In this document: positions 38,734-51,713 of the stretch, in pieces
Numbering within the stretch: the first letter of the stretch is position 1
Layout of the letters: every line of letters starts with the position of its first letter
Assembly (NCBI RefSeq): GCF_039654945.1
Contig: NW_027361878.1
Span: 31,000,001-31,064,000, forward strand
DNA length: 64,000 bases
Direction of reading: 5' to 3'
From: Dendrobates tinctorius
Taxonomy: Eukaryota
The notes under the pieces: model-generated
What the model saw: the letters and a program-made list of their open reading frames with translations, nothing else
What the model was told of the DNA's origin: nothing
Database searches by the model: none
Program-made: the position numbers and the translations under genes

Positions 38734-39494
38734 TTAATATATTATGGTTAGAAGATGCTATGATTTCAGTTTAATGGAAGCTTAGGGGACGACCCATTGT
38801 GTCCCAGATGCAAAATGCAGTCAGCGGATTTGATGGACATTCTGGGCCTGTTCAAAATTAGAACGTCTTTGAAGACGTGTGACGAATATTCTAAATCTTG
38901 GCCCCAATCCATTGATTTTTGACATAATTCTTTTGGAAAACTGTTGTAAAATTATGCAAAATTTTTGCACAAAAAATGATGTCACTTTTAGTGTTTTTTT
39001 TGTTTTTTTTACACCAGTCCTGGCCAAGGCCGACAACTTTTTGAAAGATGGGCAGAGCTTCTTGGCAAGGAGCAAGTGTGGCCGACAAATGTAATTTACG
39101 CTAAATTACTACAGAAATGTCCTCCAGTCCCTGACTATAGGACCTTTGCGGCACTGGAGCTGAATTATTGGCAAAATGAATTTTACTCATCTTGCTCCAC
39201 GTTATGTGTTGTGTATTCGGTTAATGTCACCCCTTTGCCACTTGTATAGATATAGGTTGATGTCGAAGAATTGAGGACTAATGACCTAGGACAACGTCTT
39301 ACTGAATTAAGTAACCCAGATCAGCTGGCAGGACGCTGCCTGAGTATTCAAGTAGTTGGCATTCTGACACCGGGTGAAAACTTTCTGTTTAATGCAACAT
39401 TGCTATTTTGGTCATAGTGTTCCAGCACTGCTACCTCAGCCACAAATGCAAACACTCCTACTACTCCAGACATCTCTATTCCAAGCTCATCTAC

Positions 39495-41855
39495 ATCAGT
39501 CACCTCCGATCCAGCGCTGCTTTGCCAGTCACCTCCGATCCAGCGCTGCTTTGCCAGTCACCTCCGATCCAGCGCTGCTTTGCCAGTCACCTCCGATCCA
39601 GCGCTGCTTTGCCAGTCACAGGTGATCCAGCGCTGCTTTGCCAGTCACAGGTGATCCAGCGCTGCTTTGCCAGTCACAGGTGATCCAGCGCTGCTTTGCC
39701 AGTCACAGGTGATCCAGCGCTGCTTCGCCAGTCACAGGTGATCCAGCGCTGCTTCGCCAGTCACAGGTGATCCAGCGCTGCTTCGCCAGTCACCTCCGAT
39801 CCAGCTCTGCTTCGCCAGTCACCGGTGATCCAGCTCTACTTCGCCAGTCACCTCCGATCCAGCGCTGCTTTGCCAGTCACCTCCGATCCAGCGCTGCTTT
39901 GCCAGTCACAGGTGATCCAGCGCTGCTTTGCCAGTCACAGGTGATCCAGCGCTGCTTTGCCAGTCACAGGTGATCCAGCGCTGCTTTGCCAGTCACAGGT
40001 GATCCAGCGCTGCTTTGCCAGTCACAGGTGATCCAGCGCTGCTTTGCCAGTCACAGGTGATCCAGCGCTGCTTCGCCAGTCACAGGTGATCCAGCGCTGC
40101 TTCGCCAGTCACAGGTGATCCAGCGCTGCTTCGCCAGTCACAGGTGATCCAGCGCTGCTTCGCCAGTCACCTCCGATCCAGCTCTGCTTCGCCAGTCACC
40201 GGTGATCCAGCTCTACTTCGCCAGTCACAGGTGATCCAGCGCTGCTTCGCCAGTGACCTCCGATCCAGCTCTGCTTCGCCAGTCACAGGTGATCCAGCTC
40301 TGCTGCCCCAGTCACAGGTGATCCAGTGCTGCTTCACCAGTCACAGGTGATCCAGCTCTGCTTCGCCATTCACAAGTGATCCAGCGCTGCTTCATTAGTC
40401 ACAGATGATCCAGCTCTGCTTTGCCAGTCACAGGTGATCCAGCTCTGCTTCGCCAGTCACAGGTGATCCAGCTCTGCTTCGCCAGTCACAGGTGATCCAG
40501 TGCTGCTTCGCCAGTCACAGGTGATCCAGCTCTGCTTCATTAGTCACATGATCCAGCTCTGCTTTGCCAGTCACAGGTGATCTAGTGCTGCTTCGCCAGT
40601 CACAGGTGATCTAGTGCTGCTTCGCCAGTCACAGATGATCCAGCTCTGCTTCACCAGTCACAGTTGATCCAGCTCTGCTTCGCCAGTCACAGGTGATCCA
40701 GCGCTGCTTCGCCAGTCACCGGTGATCCAGCTCTGCTTCGTCAGTCACAGATGATCCAGCTCTGCTTCGCCAGTCACAGGTGATCCAGCGCTGCTTCACC
40801 AGTCACAGGTGATCCAGCTCTGCTTCGCCAGTCACAGGTGATCCAACTCTGCTTCACCAGTCACAGATGATCCAACTCTGCTTCACCAGTCACAGGTGGA
40901 TCCAGCTCTGCTTCGCCATTCACAGGTGATCCAGCGCTGCTTCGCCAGTCACAGGTGATCCAGCGCTGCTTTGCCAGTCACAGGTGATCCAGCTCTGCTT
41001 CGCCAGTCACAGGTGATCCAGCGCTGCTTCGCCAGTTACAGGTGATCCAGCTCTGCTTCGCCAGTCACAGGTGATCCAGCTCTGCTTCGCCAGTCACAGG
41101 TGATCCAGCTCTGCTTCGCCAGTCACAGTTGATCCAGCGCTGCTTCGCCAGTCACCTCCGATCCAGCTCTGCTTCGCCAGTCACAGGTGATCCAGCTCTG
41201 CTGCCCCAGTCACAGGTGATCCAGTGCTGCTTCACCAGTCACAGGTGATCCAGCTCTGCTTCGCCATTCACAAGTGATCCAGCGCTGCTTCATTAGTCAC
41301 AGATGATCCAGCTCTGCTTTGTCAGTCACAGGTGATCCAGCTCTGCTTCGCCAGTCACAGGTGATCCAGTGCTGCTTCGCCTGTCACAGGTGATCCAGCT
41401 CTGCTTCATTAGTCACAGATGATCCAGCTCTGCTTTGCCAGTCACAGGTGATCTAGTGCTGCTTCGCCAGTCACAGGTGATCTAGTGCTGCTTCGCCAGT
41501 CACAGATGATCCAGCTCTGCTTCACCAGTCACAGTTGATCCAGCTCTGCTTCGCCAGTCACAGGTGATCCAGTGCTGCTTCGCCAGTCACAGGTGATCCA
41601 GCTCTGCTTCGTCAGTCACAGATGATCCAGCTCTGCTTCGCCAGTCACAGGTGATCCAGCGCTGCTTCACCAGTCACAGGTGGATCCAGCTCTGCTTCGC
41701 CATTCACAAGTGATCCAGCGCTGCTTCGCCAGTCACAGGTGATCCAGCGCTGCTTTGCCAGTCACAGGTGATCCAGCGCTGCTTTGCCAGTCACAGGTGA
41801 TCCAGCGCTGCTTTGCCAGTCACAGGTGATCCAGCGCTGCTTCACCAGTCACCGC
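39495..41855. repeat. 29-bp satellite array (ccagtcacaggtgatccagcgctgcttcg), ~2.4 kb
   Basis: Roughly 80 visible tandem units with recurring variant units. Confidence 0.95.
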
Positions 41856-42378
41856 CGTATTCCAAGCTCATCTACACCAGTCACTGTCGACCCAGCTCCA
41901 TTGACATGGCATCTCCTCCACAGCCCTGTCCCCTGTTCTGCTGCACCAGCGCCTCCTGTCCATGCTGCTCCAGGACTGCTCTTCCAGACTTGGGGCTTGA
42001 ACGATTCACCTCCCCAGGTCAGACGTAACATAATACATGATGTATATTTGACACAATTGTGCACAAAAATTAATTTTTTTATTTTTTTTCCCCATGAAGG
42101 TTTTGAGGAGGTAAGTTACTGTTTGTTCATTGTACTTTTTCTAACGTGCACATTTTCAATAGACCACTTTTTTTTTTTTTTTAAAGAAAAGGAAATTCTA
42201 TGGTGATTTTATTAGCGAGAAAATCTGCACAATGGAATAAACAAAAATAAAAAATGAAGACATAAGATATTTCTGTTATTATTGCATATTTAGCGGTTTT
42301 ACTTCATTTTTCTGGCCGGCAGGATCTTCTTGCTGAGGAGTCCGGCTGGGTGACCGCTACATGACTGCTGGTGGCCGA

Positions 42379-42462
42379 TCACACTTCTTCACATGTTTTG
42401 CCGATAATAGTTAATTTGAATTTCGAAGGATTTTGCCTTATAAAGTAATGACACTTTTCCAC
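42379..42462 (-). CDS. Divergent type-2 cystatin, exon 3
   Basis: ccacag|VEKCHYFIRQNPSKFKLTIIGKTCEEV*; second disulfide pair (C-x19-C); AATAAA on the minus strand at 42208-42213. Confidence 0.8.
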   Translation of the reverse strand: MEKCHYFIRQNPSKFKLTIIGKTCEEV

Positions 42463-42920
42463 CTGTGGAGCATAAAAGACAAAGAATCTAAAATACCGTT
42501 ATATTTACATAAATAACCACATTTGCCCCATTCTGGACACCAAATTATGGGTCGTGCCACTCAATAGCCTCCCTACAACCTTTACAAAAGAGATGGCTCT
42601 AGGCACAATAACGTACGCAGTATAGAAGTCCCGAGTGAGGCAGACCCCATCGATAACTTCCGGCCACTCAATGCCACGTAGTGGCACAACCTCCCAGGTT
42701 CTGGTGCTTTAGACAAGTCGGAGAGGGATATGTAGCAAAGGCAGAGGAGACCCCAAATTATGAGAAGAGACCTCCCCAAATACTAGGCTATTCTCTTTTT
42801 CTAGGAGTTTCCCAAACTTTTTTTTTGCATAAGCGGCTACTACAATACATCAAATTTACATTTGGTAACTCGGCCTTTCCAAGTACAGCAAAGTATACTG
42901 AGAATAAAGACTAGTAGTAC

Positions 42921-43028
42921 CATCATGTGCTCAAATCCAGGGGTCTTGCAGGTCTCTAAATTTTCTTCTTTGAGGCACCCGGTTGGCTCTATAATGACTG
43001 TAAATTGGTAATTTATCCAATTGGCGAC
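42921..43028 (-). CDS. Divergent type-2 cystatin, exon 2
   Basis: tttaag|VANWINYQFTVIIEPTGCLKEENLETCKTPGFEHMM|gt; NY-x-F...T-x-C-x-K...C pattern; phase 0 to 0. Confidence 0.8.
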
Positions 43029-44794
43029 CTTAAATGAGGAAAACATAAGAAGAAACAAATGGTAAAAACTTTAGACTTTACTATACGTAGCATACATGAT
43101 ATTAAATAGTTCTTAGACTTTATGAGACCGATGTAGTTACTTTGAAAATCCTTGTCACGATCTCTATAATTCTTTCTGAAAGTCCCCCCCGTCTCATTAA
43201 TGTAAAAAAAATGTTGACTACAGATTTTCAAAATAAGTACACTAGGCTCATCAGGTCAACGAGATCTATTTACTAATGGATGCAGTTTTGGTGAAATCTG
43301 GTGACCGATCCACATTAAATAGGTTGACCTGTACAACATATTCCCAGATGAATTTCTTCTATAAATATGTATGTACTTACTTTACTATAATATACTTGTA
43401 TTAAGAAAGCTCCACTGATGACTCGGCTTCACCATCGATCTCGGGTCCTAGAAGAAGAACTTCCACTTTGTGCTCAACAGAGTCAGCAATCACTATGGGG
43501 ATGGAGACTTTAAGGAGTATCTCAACGCCAGACCCCCCCCCACTCCAAAAAAAAAAAAACCCTGGGGGCATGAGCGTTATATTACTCCCATCCACTCTGC
43601 TGGAACTGTAAGATGCTGCATTTTGGGGGGTAAATTCTAAAGTTTGCTATGGGGCCCTGGATTTCTTGCCATTTTATCTATGTCTTGCCCTTTGTAAATG
43701 TTTAGGCCGTATAATAGTAATCCACTAGGGAGTGGTTTTTCGAGGTATTAAGAGGGTAAACATCGAAGCTGAGAAGTTTAATCAAAGCATTAGAAATTGA
43801 AATTGTGTAAATGTTTGGAGTGAAATTCAAGAGTTGAATTGGCTCTGGTGCAGGATTAGCAAATGCAATTGGTGCAATGTGCAAAACCCTGCTCTACGTC
43901 ACATTATCTTGTCATGCCATGTGCGCACGAGACATTTGCAGATGTTTATTTTGCATTAAAAGCTTTTTCTTTTTAATAATTGTATGGTATTGGGGGTCAT
44001 GGTCCAACCTCAGGGTCCCGTACTGAACGTGAGAGGCACTTAGGTCTAGGTAAGACTTTGCACTACAGTGTTGATGTAGGGTGGCCTGGAATAAGGTGCT
44101 CCAAATTCATTAAAGAGGACCTGTCGCTAGATCAAGAGTGTCCTGTTTGGGCTCTTAGTTTATTCCTTCTACTTCACTGAGTAATACACAGTTTGTTTTT
44201 TTGGAATCCACCATATCTCCACCAGAGATATGGGCCTTTTAATTTTGTGATAATTTTAAGAATTCTTACTAAGGGGGCGTGGTTCACAGGGTAATTATGC
44301 AGAACAACCTAAAGACACGCCCCAGAGGATCTTGTGAGCGCATATACTACCATATCTCTGCAACTGTATGGGAGATAAAAAAAAAACTCAACTCAGGGGA
44401 ACAATGGGAAAAAAAGTAAGAGCCCAACAGGCAATTTTCGACATGGTGACAGATTCGCTTTAAATCTGGATGTGTTTGGATTGGGCATAACGCTTGAGTT
44501 GCTGAGGTCTTAGCCTGTAAGCAGAACCAGATTTTTATCAGAAGACTCCTTGACAGCTCTTCTCGAATGCTATACCAAGAAAAACAGAACAAGCTTTCTA
44601 AAACTTCACATTATATACATAGGGGCATAATTATAGGACCATCTTCCACATAAAGGCACCCCAGTATGTGTTGTATGTTAAAAACCTAAAGAGATGAACT
44701 AGAATATAAGTTTGTGTGCATGCAAAGTGTAGGTGCATGTTCACATTGACTATTAAACAGACAAAACCTAAGATAAAAGAAAAAAAAAAAAATG

Positions 44795-45045
44795 AGCAAA
44801 TACCCTGCAGTAAATAAATAGCATTACTGCATGAAAATAACATTGGGTACTTAGTTAACATAATAATGTTAATTAAAAAAAAGCCATTCCACCACATCAA
44901 GGTGACCCTATTTAGTCCCCAATAGGGTCACTTTGATGTGGTGGGATGGCTTTTACATTTTTTGATAATAATTATGTTAACTAAGTACCATATATTATTT
45001 TTATGCACTATTGCTATTTCTTTTTTAGTGCAGAGTATTTGCTTG
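44795..45045. repeat. AT-rich inverted repeat (foldback) in cystatin intron 1
   Basis: Arms agcaaatac...gtacttagttaacataat...ccaccacatcaaggtgaccctatt / aatagggtcactttgatgtggtgg...attatgttaactaagtac...gtatttgct. Confidence 0.8.
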
Positions 45046-46537
45046 TGTATTATATGTTGTGTTGTACATAGTAGGTAAAGAGATGTGCTACAGATATTGC
45101 ACATATTACAGCAGCTCAGGGCTTATGCTCAGAAACAAGAAGTGGTTAAATGGAATCTGTCAGTGATCTAGGGTATTTGTTGGCAAATCCATCAATTATA
45201 GTGGCCAGGTGGCAATCAAATGCTTTGCTATGGCTGCCGCTGGTGCAATAGGCAGCAGTTGTATCCCAGGACTTTATGTCTTAGGTTGCTCAGAAGATCT
45301 CTTGCCAATTAAGACAGCTGTATTATCGATGGAACCTGGCAGGAGTCTGAATCTTAGTCTGGACCACAGAGACTAAAATGTACACCATTTTCAGCAATCA
45401 AATGTCTAGATGATACCTGTTAAACTGTTGTAGGGGCAATGGGACCCCCACTAATTGCCAGAACAGGGGTCTTATGTATGTCCCCTTCTTATTCCCTGGA
45501 TCTTCACTGGTCACAAGATCATGCTCAGGAGGAGCTGAGTGGAGCGTCTGTTCATGCACGGGCGCTTCTGCCCTGCTCTAAGCTTATGACGCAGCACAGG
45601 GGTCCTTGTCAGTATTTAAAGGTTTATTCTGATCTACATATATTATCACTTGTCTCCTAGATAGGTGATAAGGATTAGATTGGTGTTGGTTCTATCAATG
45701 GGACCCCACTGATAGACAGGTCCCCAATCTGGAAATCTTTGTATCGTCAACGCCATACATATTAGGCAGCGGTCGGCAAATTGGACAGCTATCTCTGCCA
45801 ACTTCTCCATAAATAGGAAAGCTCCTCTATGAGAAAGCAGCCTAAAGACACACCCCATAGGATCCTGGGAGCACCACCCACTTAGTAAAAACCATAAAAA
45901 GTAGCACTAACCAAATCGGAGCCATATGGCATATCTAAAAAAAAAAAAATTTGGCTACGGCTATATACATATTTATTCTTTATGCGCGAGCCACTGCCAG
46001 CTTCTAATGGTGGTGGCTTGTCTCCCAGTGAAGAAAAGGATCGGCCATTGGTTGGAAATCCAACGGCTGGTTCCTTCTATATCCCGACACCATTTGTGGG
46101 GGAAGAGTCAGGAGACTCTCGTAAATATTAGACTGTTGGCTGATTTTGCCAATATTGTTGCATTTGGTCAGTTTTGGTCTAATAATGTTAATAGAGGTTG
46201 CGTTGTGTTGTGAATGAATGCCATCTTCCTCATGTTCTCAGCTGCAATTATAGAGAACAACCATGATCAGTATAACCAGGGCACTTGGTGCTCAAATGGT
46301 CATTTCAGGAGAAGAGAGGGAAAAAAAAGAGAGAGAATTTTGTTGTTCTCCAACCATGATCAGTGCTACATCAGTGCTCATCCGACACGTTCCCCATTGT
46401 CGATTCTTCTGTGTTTTTACAGGACATTGGGTTTTAGTTTTTCAGTCTCGTAATTATTAAAATGTAAGCTAAAATCTATGAAAAGTGAAAAAAAACGGAT
46501 CACATTTCTCCTGTACTGTAAGAAATGGTTTCTTTAC

Positions 46538-46768
46538 CTGCATCAGTGCCTCCTCCACTTCAGTGATCTTGCTCCAGTACCGACTGGAATTTTTCTTATT
46601 GTACGAGTTCTGTAGAAGCTTTGCCATTTGCATTACTTTTTTGGAGTCCAGGGGCAAAGTGTTCCATCCTCCGAGAACAGGAGCAACCTCCGCTTTAATC
46701 AATTCCTCCATAGGGGCGCAGTAGCCAAAAGAGACAAACGAAATGAGGAGGAGTATGATAGAATTCAT
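46538..46768 (-). CDS. Divergent type-2 cystatin, exon 1 (signal peptide); positional counterpart of CST6
   Basis: MNSIILLLISFVSFGYCA (signal peptide)...VLGGW...YNKKNSSRY...EEALMQ|gtaaag; intron falls right after the loop-1 Gln as in type-2 cystatins; joined product 140 aa. Confidence 0.85.
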
Positions 46769-46821
46769 ATTTCCATCTGATACATGCAACAAATAAGGCA
46801 CAAGACGTCCTGCGATGCACC

Positions 46822-46837
46822 TTATATATATGCAAAT
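46822..46837 (-). promoter_or_regulatory. TATA box (TATATAA) with adjacent octamer, cystatin-like gene
   Basis: Minus strand atttgcatatatataagg, ~55-60 bp upstream of the ATG at 46768. Confidence 0.6.
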
Positions 46838-47043
46838 GGAATCTAGTGTATCCCCTTAAGTAAAGTACACGTGTGAGGAGTCAAGTCATGTAACTTTACT
46901 AACAGCAAATATTAGGACTTGTCAACAAAGGACGGTGTGGTTAGTTTACAGGTGTAGGTCTTGTAAAGGCTCTTCTTAAATAGGTATCTCATGTTTGTTG
47001 TTTGGGTGCACACATCTTCCCAGCCTCAACGCCTCCCTCCTTA

Positions 47044-47552
47044 GGCTACTTTCACACATCAGGTTTTTGCCGTCAGGCAGGATCCGGCTATTTTTTAGAA
47101 AAACCGGATCCGGAGTAAATTTTGAAGAACTGTAGAAACGGATCTGTTTTTCTGCCAGATCCATCTAGCAGGTTATATCTGTTTCCTGGGGGCTGGCCAA
47201 TTGGATCTGAGCATGCGCAGACTTAAAAAAAAGGATCCGGTGGCCGGATCTGTCTTTTTCCAGATCCGGCGCCCATAGACTTTCATTGTGGCAAAAAGCT
47301 GGATCCGGCGCTGTCCGGTTTTTCGCCGCAGACAAAAAACGTTACTAGAGACGTTTTTTCCAGATGCCGGAATCAAAATTTTTCCCGGATCCAGCAAAAA
47401 CCGGAAGAAACGGAAGGCCATGCGGCACGATCAGGCGCTAATACAATTCAATGAGAGAAAAACTGATCCGGCGCCTGATTTCGCCAGATCCGGTTTTTCT
47501 ACAAATAGCCGGATCCTGCCTGACGGCAAAAAACTGATGTGTGAAAGTAGCC
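47044..47552. mobile_element. Harbinger-type MITE (same family as 14882-15396)
   Basis: TTA|ggctactttcacacatcag ... ctgatgtgtgaaagtagcc|TTA. Confidence 0.88.
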
Positions 47553-49175
47553 TTACTGGGGAACATTGTGTTCCTGAAGAACGACAGTTCGGGCCTGTGA
47601 AGTAGCTTCACCACTGCTCTGTACCATCTCAAACTATGTAGTAAGACCCAGCTAAGTGTATAGGTGCTGCCCAGTCGGGTGCAGGATATTCCTGCTGACC
47701 AACCTATTGTTTATGTGATTAGTATATTGTTCTTTGGCCACCATGTACTATTTAAGAGTTACCAGTTATTGGTAATAATCCTGATGCGCTGTTCTTACTG
47801 TTGAAACCTGACCCAGCTTGTAACGTTCACATCATCCAAGTCTGTGATTGCTTCAGACGTTTGCCTTTGGGTTGTTGACGGATACCGAAAATCGGAGACC
47901 CCTCTCCTATAGACCGTGAATGAAGCGGTGTTCACATCGCTCCCATGACTGGAAGGGTTGGACTCCTAACAATCATATATTTATCACCTATCTTGGACAA
48001 ACCCTTTAAATGAGTGAAAAGGTATCAATATTGACAACAACGCTTAATATTTACTTCCTGTAAGATCTGACCGCTCTCTAATATCCCCATGATCCATGAC
48101 AGCACAATTTTATTAACTAAAAGTAAACAATCAAGTTTCAGTCTGTAATCTTCATTCCTTCATTAATTTTAGACCTCCTGATTTGCAGTTTGTAGCCTGA
48201 TCCAAGTCTCAAATTGTTCTCTTACAGGAGTGTCCCTCTCAGTAATACAGTCTGTGTGTATCCAGGACGCTTCATTAATTAATATCAGCACATCTTCTAT
48301 GCTGCACTTATTTCCTCTTCATGAATGGTATTTTACATTAGACCTTAATGGGTTATTGTAATGATCTTCTCTTCAGGACTACACAGCTCTCTTGGCTCCC
48401 GGATACCAGTTTGTAGGGGGGGAGGGGGGACACCATCCACTCCTAGTGATAGATATCTTGGACCAGTGGCTTGGTTGAGCCGCTAGTTCGAACTATGCGC
48501 TGCGGGCGGCGGAGGCAACTTTTCCACTGCAGCATTGGAGGAGCGCAGGGATACTGACGCTGGGCAGATTCAGAGGAGCACTATGCTCCTTGCCTAAGAG
48601 ACCGGCCACCACTGATAAGACTACAGAGGTGGTCGGTAAATGCAGTAATCTCTGAGAACGTAGAGGATTTTTAACAAGCTGAAAATTGCAAAGTTGTTAG
48701 CTTTTAATGTCACTTTACAATTTCACCCATTCAGGAGAAAACACCGTTAAGATGGATTGAACCTTTAGGAGTTAATAACTTTGTAGACCAGTTCTTGTTC
48801 AACAGCAAGAAAGTTACAAAATAAATAATAATGCAATTATTACACTTTCATGATATAAGGACATAGATTTTATTAAAAATGATCTGTGCAAATTAGAAAC
48901 AGAAAGCAAGGCAGAAGATTCATCAAGATGTACGCTGTTTAATTAGTCTGGCACGTCTTCAGGCTGCTACTGCAAATAATGTCCATATCTGTAGTCATTT
49001 AAGTAACACTTTTGGGGAGTAAATTATTAATTTCTGTTTGGCAATTGCACTCACTTCTAAAAAAAAACCTTGTGTGGCGTAAAAGATCGCAAAGATTTTC
49101 TGCACACACAAAAAAGAAAAAAAATAACACAGTATAAACAACAGTCTCTACACCAAGTGGGCACATGGTCTAAAG

Positions 49176-50825
49176 CACATATGTCAAACTCTGGCCCATG
49201 GGCCAAATCTGGCCCTCAGGGTGAGTATATTTGGCCCGCCATGCCGAGCAGATCCCCCGAGTATATTTGGCCTGCAATCCCTTGGGGGTCCCCCGGCCCG
49301 ACATAGCATTTTAAATTATATTGGCATCCTAGATGCTGATACAGTTGAAAGCAACAATGGAGGGAGGAGAGTCAGATTACGCTCCCTCTCCCATTATTAC
49401 CCCTCTGCGTCTGACGTCTCAGCGCAGTGGGTGCGATGACGTCATTACAACGTGCCCACAGTACCGAGGTGTGCAGAAGAGACCGAAGCAGTGGGGGAAT
49501 GGGCAGAGCAGAGGTTTTTTGTAATGTAGGTCCTATTATACTGTATGGAGTACTACATGAGCCCATTATACTATATGGAACACTATATGGGGCCATTATA
49601 CTGTATGGGGCACTTTTTGTTGCCATTATACTGTATGGAGCATGTTATGGGGCCATTATACTGTATGATATGAAGCACTATGTGGGGCCATTATATTCTA
49701 TGGAGCAGTATGTGGGGCCATTATACTGTATGGAGCACTATGTGAGGCCATTATACTGTATGGAGCACTATGGGAGGTCATTATACTGTATAGAGCATTA
49801 AGTGAGATCAATTAAACTATATAGAGCACTATGTGGCCATTATACTGCATAGAGCACTGTATGAGGCCATAATACTGTATGAAGCAGCACTTTTTGTGGC
49901 CATTATACTGTATGGAGCAGTGTGTGGTGCACATTATACTGTATGAAGCACTATGTGAGTCCATTATACTGTATAGAGCACTATATGGGGCTGTTATACT
50001 GTATGGAAGGCAATGCAGGGCCTTGTTATACTGTATAGAGGACTATGTAGAGCTGATTAAATTGTATAGAGCACTGTGGGGCCCTTATACTGTATGGAAG
50101 ACTATGTGGGGCCATTATACTGTATGAAGGACTAAGTGGAACCATTATACTGTATGGAGCACTATGTGGGGCCATTATACTGTATGGAGGACAATGTGGA
50201 GCCATTATACTTTATGGAGGACTAAGTGGGGCCATTATACTGTATGGAGGACTATGTGGGGTTTATTATACTGTATAGAGCACTATGTGGAACCATTATA
50301 CTGTATGGAGGACAATGTGGGGTCCATTAAACTGTATGGAGAAGTTCTTTTTGTGGCCATTATACTTTATGGAGGGCTGCCTGGGGATCACAATTGAGGC
50401 ATTATACTGTGATGGGTCATCATACTGTGCATATGGAGGGTACTATTGAGGAACACACTGTGGGGGTATCATAGTGTGTTTGGGGGACACATGATTTTGC
50501 ATCATACTTTATTATCTGTATTATTCAAGATTTTTTATTCTTTGTTATTACATATTTAAAGTAGTCCATTGGGTCATATGCTTTTTTTTACTGCTTTTAC
50601 ATATATATTATTCCAATATTTTATTTTAAGATGTATTCATTAACATGTGCTTTGTTCGTGTGACAACCCCTTTAAGTTTGTTTCCATATGAAAATGTTCA
50701 TAGTTATTTTTGATAAGGTAAAGCTTCCTCAATTGTAGACATTTTTTAAATAAATCAAGGCTGGCCTGAGACTTTCTCCAAGCTTTTAATTTTGTCCCTC
50801 TGGATATTTGAGTTTGTGATCCCTG
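49176..50825. mobile_element. hAT (Charlie-like) non-autonomous element with a ~30-bp minisatellite (49530-50420)
   Basis: 8-bp TSD gtctaaag on both sides; degenerate TIRs ca...tcaaactc / gagtttg...tg; internal repeats of ccattatactgtatggagcactatgtggg. Confidence 0.75.
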
Positions 50826-51687
50826 GTCTAAAGCGACACTATCTGCTGCCTATGCAACAGATGCAAAAAGCTGAGGAAAAAAAGTCACTGGCTAAGTGCA
50901 TTTGACATCTTTTTAAGGCGGATTCCAACATAGAAACCGCATGAAAAAACTGTAAAAAAAAAAAAAAAAAAAACAATGATGAGAAATAATGAACCCATGC
51001 AATCCTATGTAAAGATGACTCACTGTTCATGCATTCAGGCTTTTGAATGTCTTAACAATTTTAGGATCTAAAAACGCTAAGAAATGACTGATCTATTCTT
51101 CCAGCGTTTTACTTTACAATACAAGACAATGGAAAAGCTCAAAAGATGATCGGAAGCCAACAAAAAAAACACCAAAAAAGTTGGTCTCCAGAAATTGTCA
51201 GTGTTTGCATTAGATTATTTCACAAAAAGGCACGTCATGGTAAATACAATCTGGTCATATAAATGAAAGCACTCCAATAATGGTGACCACCATGGGAATT
51301 ACATGGCTTTGTGTTTTCTAAGAGGGTCATTGGACACTACAGTACCATGAAACTGCATGGACTGAGCCACAAAACAGTTCTCTGCAGGAAATGACAGAAA
51401 CTTCTATAACAGTTATTGATGATGATTAGACAGCTCCTCTCATATAGTTATATTGTAGAAGATCATACTGCAGCTCAATAATTGTATACATTAAATGTTG
51501 TCATATAGGCGTGGAAGAATTAATACACAGTCACATAAGCAAGCAAGAGGTGGTGCTTTCCTTTGGAAATGATTGCACCAGTGCTAATGGAAGGGTATAT
51601 CATCTACATGTCCCTTCATTATAAAGGTGCAGATATAAGGCAACCTCGCAATATGCATATGGAACGGATTTATTCTGGTCCATCAGT

Positions 51688-51713
51688 TTATTCCATGACT
51701 TCAGGGGTTGTAC
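51688..51713 (-). CDS. Candidate terminal exon of the C1-domain gene
   Basis: Strong acceptor tgtttttttag; in phase 1 gives (G)TTPEVME* with two AATAAA at and just after the stop. Alternative exons (51901-51972, ~48988) cannot be excluded. Confidence 0.35.

Noticed and set aside
39495-41855. CRISPR-like regular array
   Set aside because: Head-to-tail 29-bp units with no unique spacers and no cas genes, in vertebrate DNA.
46469-46801. 110-aa single-exon ORF as the complete cystatin protein
   Set aside because: It starts at a non-ATG codon and reads through the donor at 46537; the spliced model supplies the four cysteines.
48869-48988. Alternative last exon for the C1 gene ((D)MDIICSSSLKTCQTN*, with AATAAA)
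   Set aside because: Phase-compatible but the acceptor is weak; it cannot be chosen over 51688-51713 without transcripts, so it is not listed as a feature.
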